Assembly: GCF_000315625.1 (NCBI RefSeq)
Contig: NW_005434628.1
Location: 164,606-228,605 of the forward strand
Direction of reading: 5' to 3'
Origin: Guillardia theta CCMP2712
Lineage: Eukaryota > Protista > Cryptophyta
DNA length: 64,000 nt
The notes under the pieces are model-generated. The model had not been told where the DNA came from. It ran no database searches and was given only the letters and a program-made list of their open reading frames with translations. The number at the start of each line of letters is the position of its first letter. Position 1 is the first letter of the stretch. Of the stretch, positions 11,601 through 22,868 are shown piece after piece. Both the position numbers and the translations under genes were made by a program.

Positions 11601-13903
11601 CGGAGCGCTTGCAATCCTATACTCGTTTGTCAAGGACAAAGCGAATGGGTCTGACAGTCAAGTGGGCGAATGGTGCGGTCTGGCGAATATTAGCAGAGCG
11701 GTGTATGATTCATCCATCAATTGGAGGGTATCCATTACAGTGATTGTAGGAACTTGAACTGATGGATTTTTGAAGGTTGAAGCGAGCAAATTTGGTTATT
11801 TCCCACGTGCGGTAGATCTAGGAAAGGAGAGATTTGCTACGATTTCAAAAAGTGGAGGCTTTGTGCAGGTGTTGTTCTGTGCAACTGCAATTTCCTAGCA
11901 GATGTAATGTTTGTCTCAGGTTAGAAAAGATTCTGGAACAAGGAGGTTGATCGTACAGGGATATTATGAAGGAAACGATACGATGAATGATCTGCCTGGT
12001 GCCTTGGAGCCTATGCATGATCTCCATGTTGAAGAAAAAGTTGATGACGATGACGGTGCATTACTTCATAGTTGTTTTGCTCTTTGCCTGACTTATGCCT
12101 AACTCTGCAGATGCGCTGCTGGAAGAGCATGACACTGAGAGCCTGTGGAAATTGTGGCATGAAGGGAACGACGATCAAAAGACAAGGTCCAAGGTCTCTC
12201 TCTTTTCTGCAGCGTTGACGATTCATCACTTGTAGAATGATGGAACCGCTTCTGCTGAGATTATGCTTTCCCAAAGTTAAGGTTGCTCTCAAGAAGAAGA
12301 TTCTCACTGAAAAGGATTTTGTCGTCAACTACTGCAAGGTATGTCGCCATGCGTGACTGCTTTCCGTGAGTGAAATTCCATAGATTGGGAATTCCCCTCA
12401 AACCGTCTTGTTCTTGCACGGGTTTGGCACAGGGTTGGGGGTATGGCTCAACTCGATGGCAGGTGTGAATCTTTTCGTGATGGGACGGCAATGATCTGAC
12501 GTGGGTCCAGAGCTTTGCAACTCAGCCACTGTTTTTGCGATCGACCTGCCAGGCCATGGACTCTCTTCACGGCCGGATTTCAGAGAGGATGGGGATGTAA
12601 ACTCACGTGTTCGAGCTCGTCTTCGACTGACTGTCAACAGGCGAAGGCTGCCGAGAATTATTTCTTGGAGCCTGTGGAGATGTGGATCAAGGAGATGTGT
12701 GGAGACGGGGAGCCGCTGGAAACGTTTGCAATAGTCGGTAGGCCCTTGTTGAGGGATGGACCAGAGCTGAAGTCCTCCAAGGTCATGGCCTCGGAGCCTA
12801 CCTTGCCGCTCGACTGGCGTGTAAGCAGCCGGACCGTGTGAAGAAAGTCGTTCTGGTCGAGGTGATTGCAATCTCAGCTTGTGGAGACACTGATCATTGC
12901 GGTCAGCCATGGGGGATGGGAGCGCCGAAGGCGAGCGAGGCGGACGTGCGGCTCCCGCAAAAGAGCATGCCGAGCCTTTTCCCGTCGTATTTTGTGAATA
13001 ATGAGGTGAAGGGAGCGGGTCAGGTTGGGAGGAGGTGAGATGTTGGCAGTCGACATCCGGTGCTGCGATGAACCCGCAGTACATCCGGGTGATGAGGTCG
13101 ATCACGGTGAGAGCCGTCCGGGCCTGCCATGCGCTGGGATCTGAGCTCTGGTGCAGCTGGACAAGCTGAAGGAGCTGTCGAGGAGCTACTTGCAGATCTG
13201 TGCGGTGGGGAGGTGCTCCACCTCCTTCTCTGCGGAGGACGTCATGAAGCAGTCGCCCTTCTTGGCATGCAAAGCTCTTTCCCTGGGAGGACGGTTGATG
13301 TTCCCTACTCGCCCTCTTGCACCCCAGATCATGGTGAAAGAAACTCCTGCCCTGCCCTGCCCTGCCCTGCCCTGCCCTGCCCTGCCCTGCCCTGCCCTGC
13401 CCTGCCCTGCCCTGCCCTGCCCTGCCCTCTAAATTCCCCTCATCTCTTCTCCCCTCTCCTTCCCCATATGTTTCCTCCCATCCTCTGTCTCTGCTTGTTG
13501 TCCTCTCTTCACTCGGGATCAGGGCGACAAAGGTTATGGACCAGGAATTCGAGTGCCGGTGACGATTCTTTTTGGAGACAACACGATTCTCGATGCCAGT
13601 GCGAGTCTCGAAGTAAGTCCAACTCTCCCTTCCCTCTCCCTCTCCCTTCCCTCCCTCCTCCCTCCTCCCTCCTTGCTACTTTCCCTCCTCCCTCCCCCTT
13701 TCCTCCTCGACCTGCGTACGCAGTGCTGACGTGAGCACTCAGTTGTCCAACAACAAGAAGAACGAGATATTCGTGCTGGTTATCCCGCAGTCAGGTGAGA
13801 CACTTGACGCGCGCCCCTCGTCTCATGCGCTCTACCAGGGCATCACATTTATGCCGACAACCCCGTCGCATTCAATCGAGCTCTTCGTCGTTACGTTCTC
13901 TGA
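8677..13903 (+). CDS. Tandem WWE-domain protein with a C-terminal ABHD4/ABHD5 (CGI-58)-like alpha/beta hydrolase; one gene inferred, could be two
   Basis: WWE-like units: WFYKRGDR|WEPFGETENVALEEAF, RG|SWFFQRSDGSLCPFTEIEAYKLE, RWWWRDIGMGTWQAFSFEDSREIEKAW, WHWRHNDGHLRPFDE. Hydrolase: VLFLHGFGTG, VFAIDLPGHGLSSRP, IVGHGLGAYLA, VVLVEPWG, SGHHIYADNP. Stop 13901-13903. Confidence 0.75.
13346..13428. repeat. (CCCTG)n intronic microsatellite
   Basis: Perfect 5-bp repeat, ~16 copies. Confidence 0.95.
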
Positions 13904-13961
13904 CCCTCCTCCTCTATTCTTTCTCGGATTCAATGACATCAAACGGTGATGAAACAGCTTC

Positions 13962-16900
13962 TCACGCACTCGCCGACAAGGAGGAAAGCGCATGAGCGCG
14001 GATGAGGGTCAGGGCCTGTCAGTCCATCTTAGCAAGTCTCCACGCCTCCTCTCCGCGCACCTGACGCAGCACGAGAACCTTCCTGGCGTCGAGCATCCAG
14101 CTCTCCATGGGCTAAGGCCAGTCAGTCCTCCTCCATGCGCTAGCGCATGTGATCACCTTGGCGGTGCTAGGGGAGAGGTAGCCGAGCTCCTTGACCGCTC
14201 CCTCCAGGTCCCCCTGGCGCGGCAAGTGAGGGTGAGGAGATGGGACGAGGTAGGAAGGGGAGAGAGGAGGGGGAGGAAGAGGGGGAAGAGAAAGTGGGAG
14301 GAGACGAGACGAGACGAGACGAGACGAGACGAAAGGAGACGAGACGAGACGAGAGGAGACCTTGCGGAGGAAAACCCGAGCGCGGCGAAGTCGGACCTCC
14401 TCTCCCTCGCCGTTGGGGAGAGTTACGTCGGAGAAGGGTCGGAGGAAGCGACTTGCCGCCTTTAGAGGAGGAAGCGAATAAGCGGGAGGAAAGAGAGGAG
14501 AGGAGAGAGACGTTACCGCCGCCCATGCCTCCCCAACGAATCCAGAGCCGGCAGGAACGAGTAGTTGCTTCCTAGCTGCCACGATCGCCTCCTCAAGACC
14601 TTGCTGCAGGCGCTCGTGGCTGGGAACATCTCGCAGAGTCGTAGGGATACTCCTAACCGCGGTCTGCCTCCTCGTCAGCTGACCCCCATCGATCTCTCCC
14701 ATCCTCTTCTCCCATCCTCTTCGCCTTCCTCCTCCCTCACCTGCACCAGCGGGTCCACGTTTGCAAGAGCTTGGATGACAGCGAGATCCTGATGGAACTC
14801 TCCCTCCTTGAGCGCCTGGAAGTTGCAGCAGTTCAGGGGGAGGAGGAGGAGGGGGGGGAGGGGGAGGAGGAGGAGGAGGAGGAGGAGGAGGAGGAGGGTA
14901 GACTGGGTTGAGTGGAAGAAGGACGAGAGAAGGACAAGAGACTAGGAGCGGGAGAGGAGGGAAAGACCTTGGAAGCGTTCTCGACGGCAAGGAAGATGCT
15001 CTGGAAACGAGGTCAGAAGAGCGAGCGAGAGGAGCGAGCATGGAGGTCAGGAGAGGAAGGGGGGAGGAGTGAGCAAGCACAAGATGAAGCACCTGCATGT
15101 TCCTGGACCAGTCGGAAGAATTCTTCGATTGCCTTAGCGAGCATGTCAGTCCCTCCTCTTCATCCCACTCTAACCGTTCCTCGTCCTCTCCCTGCTCTCC
15201 CTCCTCGTTCTTGTTCCGCCCTCCTCCTCTCCCGTCCCCTTCCACTTCCTCCTCTTCTCCCGTCCCCTTCCACTTCCTCCTCTATGCTCCCCGCTCCTCG
15301 TCAATCCTCACTCGAGCGTCTTGTCCAAGACTTGAAGGCGCAGGATGAGATCTTCTGCCTCCTGCGTTGCTCTTGAGATCCCTCAAACCTCAGCTTCTAC
15401 CTTCACCTCCATGCGTGCGTTGGCTGCGATCTTGTACCGTGCTGCCAGCTCGTTGCGAAGCTGAGAAGAGATGAGGGCAGGAGCAAGAGGAGCGATGAGG
15501 AGGGAAGCGAGTTGGGAGGAGGAAAAGAAGAACGAAGAGGAGAAGGAAACCCTGGGGGGAAAGGAGGAGGGAGGAGGAGGAGGACGACGACGACATCGAA
15601 GACGAGGAGACGGAGGAGGGGATGGGATAGGGTCAAACCTCATCGATGGCATACTCGCTCTTCAGCAGCTTCTGGACCTGCAAGAGCGTCAGGTCGAAGC
15701 TTCTGCTGCACGTGCCATGACCTCGCGCATCCTGGAACGGAGGGAGGAAAGCTCATCTCCGCGTATGGCGACAGCATCCCACTCCTCCTTCATCTTCTGC
15801 TCCGAACGTGAGGAAGGAAAGGCGGAGGGGGGGGGAGGAGAGGAGAGGAGAGGAGAGGAGAGGAGAGGGGAGGATAGGACAGGATAGGAGAGGAGAGGAG
15901 AGGAGAGGAGTCAAGAAAAGGAGGGGAGGTGATAGGAGAGGAGCGGCGGGGAGGGGAGGGGAGGGGAGGGGAGGGGACGACAAAGTAGAGGAAGGGTCAG
16001 GAGGGGGGAGAACATTCGATGAAGCGGAGGGGGAGGAACAAGAGTCAACCTGCTCGAACTGCTGTCCTCTCCTCGTGATCTCGTCCTGGCATGCCCCATT
16101 GACCGCAGAGACCTGAAGGGCAACATCAGCGGGAAGGGAGGGGAGGAGAGGGAGGGGACGGAGGAGACGAGAGGGAGGAGGAGGAGGAGGAGGAGGAGGA
16201 GGAGGATGAGGAGGAAGAGGAGGCATACCTGCTCGTCCATCAGCCGCTGGATCTCTCGCTCGTGCGCAATCAGCTGCTCCTGCATCGCCTTCATCCCCTC
16301 GAGCTGCGACCAGAACGCGTGAGAAAGAAGCAGAGCAGGAGGAGGAGGGAGGTGTGAGTAGAGGACGTTCGAGTTAAAAAAAGGAGGGGGAAGAGGAAGA
16401 CAAGGATGTTGTGACCACGAGTGAGCACGATCAATAGCACGAGGAAGAGAAGCCAGGAAGAGAATGGCAAGGGGCAAGACAGGAAAAGAGGAGATGACAA
16501 GGAGAGAGCAGGAGAGGAGGAGGAGGAGGATTTCTAGCTTGTATGGGAACCTTAGCTGTCTCTTCAGTCTGTTTCATCGCTTCTCGCAGCCTCATGCTCT
16601 CCAACTTGGTCCTTCAGCAGATTGTCAGCTCGTCATCCAACATGTCAAAGTAGCCGAACAAACATCGACCCTCACGCTGCGTCAAAACAAACAAACACAA
16701 ACATCCAACATCATTCCCCTTCTTCGCCCTTCCCATCTTCCTCATCATCATGATCCTTTAAATCCTCCCCTCCTCCCTCCTCCACCTGCTGTCCAGCTCG
16801 AAGAGAAGGTCTCTCAGTCGAGCTCTCGCCTGGGCGATGGAGGCTCCCTGCTGCAGGCTCTTCTCCGAGCTCACGTCGATCTTGTTGCCCATCTCCTGCT

Positions 16901-17004
16901 GGTATGTCAGCTGGACTTTCACCCTCGGGCCTCACCTGGGCTTGCAAGACATCCGCGTGGTGCTTTTGCAGCTGGGAAAAGAACGAAAATGACGACAAGC
17001 AAAG

Positions 17005-17037
<33 letters not shown>

Positions 17038-18941
17038 GGAGGAGGAGGAGGAGGAGGAGGAGGAGGAGGAGGAGGAGGCAAACAAGGCGAGAACAGAGAA
17101 GACGGAAAGGGAGATGGCGAGGGAGAGGGAGAGGGAGATGGCGAGGGAGAGAGAGAGAGAGAGGGAGCGGGAGAGCAGGAGGGTGAGAGATCTTTGTAGG
17201 TGTCTGGGTTGAGATGGTCAGAAGTACCTCATCAATGATCTTCGCTGCTGTGTGACCAGCCTGCATCGGAAAGGAGAAATCGTGACAACACGCATGCTGG
17301 AGAAACAGAACGAGCAGAGCAAAGGGAGGGGTGGAAGTGGTGGAGAGCAATGGGAGGAAGGAGAAAGGAGGAGGGAGGAAGAGCAGTAGCAGAGGGCAAT
17401 GGGAGGAAGGAGGAGGAGGAGGAGGAGGAGAAGGAGAGCGGAAAACAGGCTCTACCTCGATCTGCTCCATCTGTTCGCGGAGAACATCGCCGAGGTGAGT
17501 TTCCTGCTGGAAGTAACTGAAGGCTCAAGGGCAGGGGGCGACTGTATGCCTGGAAGATCACTCGAGACTTCTCCTGCTGCACTTCCGCCTGGTTGAGCTG
17601 CGGCGAGTGAGTTGTGAGCTCTCAAGTCCGCAACCTCCACCTGCTCTCTGATCAACTTGTTGCGCTCGGAGATGGCGACCCTGCAGGGTCGTCAGGCCGG
17701 CTCGCAGTCGATCTCCCTCGACGGTTCACATGGCACTGTTGAGGTTGTCGAGTTGGTTCTGCAGCGAAGAGAGGAGGGAGGCAAGAGGAGAGCGAGGGGG
17801 AGGGGGAGGAGAAGGAGGAGGAGGAGGAGAAAACGAATAGAGAGCGGAGAAGGAGAAGATTTCAGTCTGATGAAAATTGTCTCCTCCTTCCCTCCCGCTC
17901 ACTTGTAGCTCCTTCTCAATCATCCTCTTCCTTTCTGCTTCTTTCTCCTGGTACATATGGTGTTACATCGCCGGTCCCCTCGCCTCCTCCTCCTCCTCCT
18001 CCTCCTCCTCCTCCTCCTCCTCCTTGCCTGCAGTGCTGCTGCTTCCGCCATGAGGGCCGCTGCTGCCGACTGCCGGGAAGATGAGAGGAGGGACTGGAGG
18101 CGGAGACTGTTTCACCTCAATCCTCTCCTGCTGCTCCTTCGCTGCTCTCCTTGCATGCTCTTCGAACATGGTTAGGAGGACGGGAAGGCAGCAAACAGAG
18201 TTGCTCACCTATCATCTCTCCATCTGATTCCTTCTTGAGAGAGGCAGGAAGGGGGAGGGCATCGGAGGGAGGAGGGGGAGCAGACACAGGAGCAACGAGC
18301 TTCGTCGTCGTCGTCGGAGGAGGAGGCTTTGAGGACACCCCAAATGCCTGCAATGCCGTCCTCGTCATCACAAATGTTTCCTCACGATCTTCATCGACAT
18401 TCACAGGATGGCAGAAGCAAGGGGAGGAAGCGTTGGAGAGACAGAAAGTAGAGGGATCAAACAGGAGGCGGAAAAGGAGCGATGATGACAGGAGGAGGAG
18501 GAGGAGGAGGAGGAGGAGGAGGGATCATGGAGGGGGCGGGAGGAGGAGAGATCATAGAAGGGGCAGGAAGAGGAAGGGGAATGAAAGCTGACAGGAGAGA
18601 CAGCTCTGAGGTGGAGGGGCTGTCACTTGCCGTCAAGGTGCTCGAGGCCAGAGGAGGAGGGAGAACAGCCTTTACACCTTCAGTGAAGCCTTCCGGGTCA
18701 GTTTTGGCCTGCAGGAGCATCGTTACTTCCTCTCCCTCTCTCCCTCCCGCTCCTCCTCTCCTCCTCCAGCTCCTCTTCTCCCCCCGCTCCTCCCCGCTCC
18801 GTCTCCGTCTCCCTCCTCCCAGCAGCTCAGACTCTCATCTACCTTGAGAGTTAAGGCAACAACAGGCGTTGCCAACACTGCGGTGCCGAGCCCTGCCATG
18901 ACGAAGGCACTACGAGTGCGTCCTTGCCCCCTCCTCTTCCT

Positions 18942-18980
<39 letters not shown>

Positions 18981-19348
18981 CTCAGGCTCTTGCTGCTGCA
19001 CTTGCTCCTCTTCAAAACAATCCGTCACTGATGGAAAGAAAGGCCAGGGAAGAACAGGAGGAGGACGAGGGAACGAGGACGAGAGCGATGGGGCAGGTAG
19101 GAGGAGGGGACCTGGTGGTTTTTGAACCGGAGGCAGCCGAGGGGATCGCGCGTTGGGACCATCTTTGATCTCCACGCTCTTTGCAGAGAAAGTGTCACGT
19201 CTCCTTTCACCAAAGGTGTGCGGGTCACCAGGAACCGACGGTTTCTAAGCGCTAGCGAAGATGGCTGGGGTCTGCTGGTGGTGTCAGGAGCATCGAGTAG
19301 AGGAGGAGCTTACTTCAGGGTCAATCCGTTTTTCAAGAGACGCTGCAT
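13962..19348 (-). CDS. MIC60: MICOS subunit Mic60 / mitofilin
   Basis: Arg-rich presequence (MQRLLKNGLTLK..), TM FVMAGLGTAVLATPVVAL, long coiled coil, and mitofilin C-terminus LEEAIVAARKQLLVPAGSG..VRLRRARVFLRKGDLEGAVKELGYL..MESWMLDARKVLVLRQALTLIRAHA. Confidence 0.85.
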
Positions 19349-19665
19349 CGCTCCCTCGTCCTTGCTTCCTTCGACCTCTTGCCGAAGGTCACTGAGACTG
19401 GCGGGCGCTCATGATCCTGTAGATGAGTTGAGCTTCCAACAGAGAGCTCGGTTTCTACTTCCATCAGTGTGCAAGCAGACTCCTTCTATGCCCAGGTCTT
19501 CCTCCCCCCACAACTATGTCCAATGCTTCTCTCAGACATATGCCCATCTCTTCATCCCGCTTCGATACATCAAATCTTAACACTGAGGCTCGATGCTTTC
19601 CTCGACGCTGCTGCCCCTTCCCTGTCATCGCACCTATGCCCTCTTCAACCCATGACCTCCTCCTT

Positions 19666-19719
<54 letters not shown>

Positions 19720-19907
19720 GTCCTCCTTCTCCTGCTCGTCCTACTGCCTGTGTCTGGCATCCTCGTCCTTCTCTTCATCTTCCTCTTCCTCTTCTGTCCT
19801 CCTCGTCCTCCCCCCATCTTGCCCTTACTGCTCCTCTGCATGAGCGAATTCATCATCGTTACGGAACCGTTACAATTCCTTCCGGCCATTCAACGTTTCG
19901 GGGCACC

Positions 19908-21944
19908 ATGCCGCCGAAGGGAAGAGTGGAAGGCGGGGAGGAGCCGGCAGTGCGAAAGAGGAAGGGGACGAGGGTCGAGGCTATGCCCTTGTCCCTCTTC
20001 AGAGAGATCTCCAAGGTGACGATGAGGAGGACGGAGCGCGAGTTCGTGCAGGGGCGGGCGTACATGCTGCTGGAATGGAACCTGATGTCGAGAAATAGCG
20101 ACACTGCGGAGCTCCTGTACAGCCACTTGGGCTGTACGGATGACTGCCTCCAGTTCTACGTCATCCGCCCACAGAATGATGATGGCGATGATGGTCGTGA
20201 CTGGGATCCGAAGCATGTGTATGCCAACCCTTTGATACCGGAGTTGTGCCCTGTGCTGGCAGTGGGTAATGACCTTGCATTTCACTGCGGGGAAACGATG
20301 ATTGCTGGTGCCCAGGGATATACTGGCTGACGTACCATCCGAATAATTTCGCAGCCCGTGGGAAATTCTTTCCAGGTGTGAGGAGACGGCACGAGGAATC
20401 GAGGGAACTCAACAGGCGTTTGCAGGCAGCAGTCAGCGCCAGAGGTTCAGGAAGCACTTCTGCACGCAGGTGCTGGAAGATGAGGGCATCAAGGCGGCCA
20501 TGGAGTCGAACGGTCTGCTGACCGGAGAGATAGGTGTGAGCCCTGAGGAGAACGAGTGCGTCGGTACGACGCCTGAGATTGAGCATGCAAGGTGTTGCGA
20601 GCATCCGTTTAGGAAGTGCGACGTACTGCACATCGGGAACAACTGCCCCGCCCCCGATAGTAGCGATCCGTGTGAGGGCGGAAGGAAAGATCAAAGGAAG
20701 GCAAAGAAAGGACGAGAGCCTCTGGTAACACGTGGTCAGGGATGATGCTGTAGGGTGTGTTGACAGTGTGCAACTTGACTAGGTACGACCGTGCCGGTGA
20801 CCAGCATATTGGTAGGTTGGTTGCAGGGCTGCCGTTCGACAAGCCGGACTTTGCGATTCCTCCGCCCATGTTTCATACCAACGATCAAGAGAGTAGGAAG
20901 AAGCTCGACGGAATCTTCCGTCTGCTCTTCAAAGACATAAACTCGCCCCGGGCGCGCAGTGCAGCGGAGATGGTGTTGGCGTCTTTCGTGTACCATTTAG
21001 ACTTCCTACGAAAGGAGCTGCCAAGAAACCATCCCGTCTTCAAATCACAGCTCTTCGCACACGCAGGAATGATCGATGAGCTGAAGCAGCATGTCACGAT
21101 CGAAAGGAATGGCCGGCAGGTCACCGGCGTGCCCCCTTATGTCTCCCTTCTCAAGGCGATGGAACAAATGAATCAACGCATCGCGCAAGGAATCATCAAC
21201 GAGCTTCAGTCCTGCCTGTCATCAGAGGTTGCTGCTGGGGCTAGTCAGAACAACCACGTACACGAGGGGTCGTCGACAGAGGCAACGATGGTACCCAAGG
21301 AGCCGGCCAATCAGCCAGCCAATCTCAGAATCATCAGCCATGCGATCGAATCTGCTGCTCCAAATCAAAGAAGATCGCAGCTGGGCACTTCGTCGGGCAG
21401 AGCTCCGGATGCAGCATGCACGCAGGCAGGTGGTGGTGGTGGAGGTGGAGGTGGTGGAGGAGGAGCATCCTTTGGCGGTGGCAGCAAAGTTGGGAGATGT
21501 GGGAGCAAGGTCCCTTATCAATCAAAGGGTGGGTATGAAAGCAACATCGCAAGGATCGCCCCCTGGTCGGAGCACAAACTGACGGGGTTGACAACATCGG
21601 AGGTTTGGATGCTCTGGCACTTTGGCAGCGCAGATTCGGGACACGTTCCCTTGAAGAAAGCGAGGTGTAAGGACTTTCATAACAAGTCGGACGGGAAGAG
21701 GCTCTCGGATATCAAGTACCTTGTCCACGCCATCGAGGAGGAGGCAGAAGCCCTGGGGATCCACAACAGCAACCCGGGGGTGGAGGAGGCTAAGTTCATC
21801 TTCGATCAGTGCGAGAACTTCCTGATCCAGGAGTACGAGAGGGTGACGAGGGCGAGGGGACAGGAGACGGCACTTCCCTTGAGCGAGCTCTCTTGGCTGA
21901 CCGTCCTTGAACTTATCCGGCAACAGCCGACGCGCAGGTGCTAG
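19908..21944 (+). CDS. Crypton (CryptonS-like) tyrosine-recombinase-derived protein with a C-terminal GCR1_C-like region; probably domesticated and inactive
   Basis: Motifs LLEWNLMSR, DPKHVYANPLIPELCPVLA, ATYCTSGTTAPPPIVAI, AGDQHIGRLVAGLP, FAIPPPMF, EVWMLWHFG..PLK..RLSDIKYL. GT-AG introns at 20534-20591 and 20725-20782. Confidence 0.8.
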
Positions 21945-22127
21945 TGAAGTGAGAGCAGCACGCCGGCAGACGAGGTGGACGGGAGCCGGCATGGAAACAG
22001 TTAGTTGGATCGCAGAATGATGCTGCGTAGTTTGATGACCAAGATGCCTGGTCGATGTCTTGTAATACACGCGTGAATCTATGACTAGCATTGCGAGTCA
22101 GGCGTGTGAAAGCTGTCAGAACACTAT

Positions 22128-22370
22128 CGTGTTGTTGTATCGATATCAATCTCATTCATTGTTGTTGTATCGACATCAATCTCATTCGTTGTTGTTGTAT
22201 CGACATCAATCTCATTCGTTGTTGTTGTATCGGCATCAATCTCATTCGTTGTTGTTGTATCGGCATCAATCTCATTCGTTGTTGTTGTATCGATATCAAT
22301 CTCATTCGTTGTTGTTGTATCGATATCAATCTCATTCATTGTTGTTGTATCGGCATCAATCTCATTCATC
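22128..22370. repeat. 30-bp minisatellite, 8 copies
   Basis: ttgttgttgtatcg(a/g)(c/t)atcaatctcattc(g/a), head-to-tail with no spacers. Confidence 0.95.
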
Positions 22371-22868
22371 GCCTACTTGAATCATGCAGCAAACCTTGCT
22401 CATGCATGTTGCCAATCTGGCTCCCTTTTTAAATAATCTTTCAGGTAATATTTCAAATGTGCCTTATGATTTTCAATACTCGACCAATTTTCAGTCAAAT
22501 GTAGAGGCGCAATTCCAGGCAGAGATGGAGCAGGCGGAGGAGGTGGAGCAGGCGGAGGAGGAGGAGCAGAGCAGCAAGAGCAGGAGCAGAGGATCAGGAG
22601 GAGCAGAAGACGTAGCAACAGGCAGGACAGAGAAACAAGCTCGCAAGGCTCAAACGGATAGTTTCGATTGACAAGGAACAAATCAGAGGTAGCGATAAGC
22701 ATCGTGAGAGCAGCGTTGGTAGACCCTGCGAAGAACGTCTGAAAGCAGAGGCATGACGGGCTGGTAAGAATGTTAGACAGCCAACCGAGTTTCTTGCGCG
22801 CTTGCAACGATGGCTTCTGAGTTCGTTTGTCTTGTAGCGAACCATGTGAACCTACGGAATGGAAGCCC

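Noticed and set aside
20470-20745. Unspliced frame containing EHPFRK as an intact H-x-x-R box
   Set aside because: That frame hits a stop and is out of frame with ATYCTSG; the spliced VASIRLGSATY aligns gap-free with the canonical motif.
22128-22370. CRISPR array
   Set aside because: Repeats are contiguous with no unique spacers; no cas genes; eukaryotic context.
22384-22671. 95-aa ORF
   Set aside because: Partly low-complexity with no recognisable domain; cannot be supported without transcripts.
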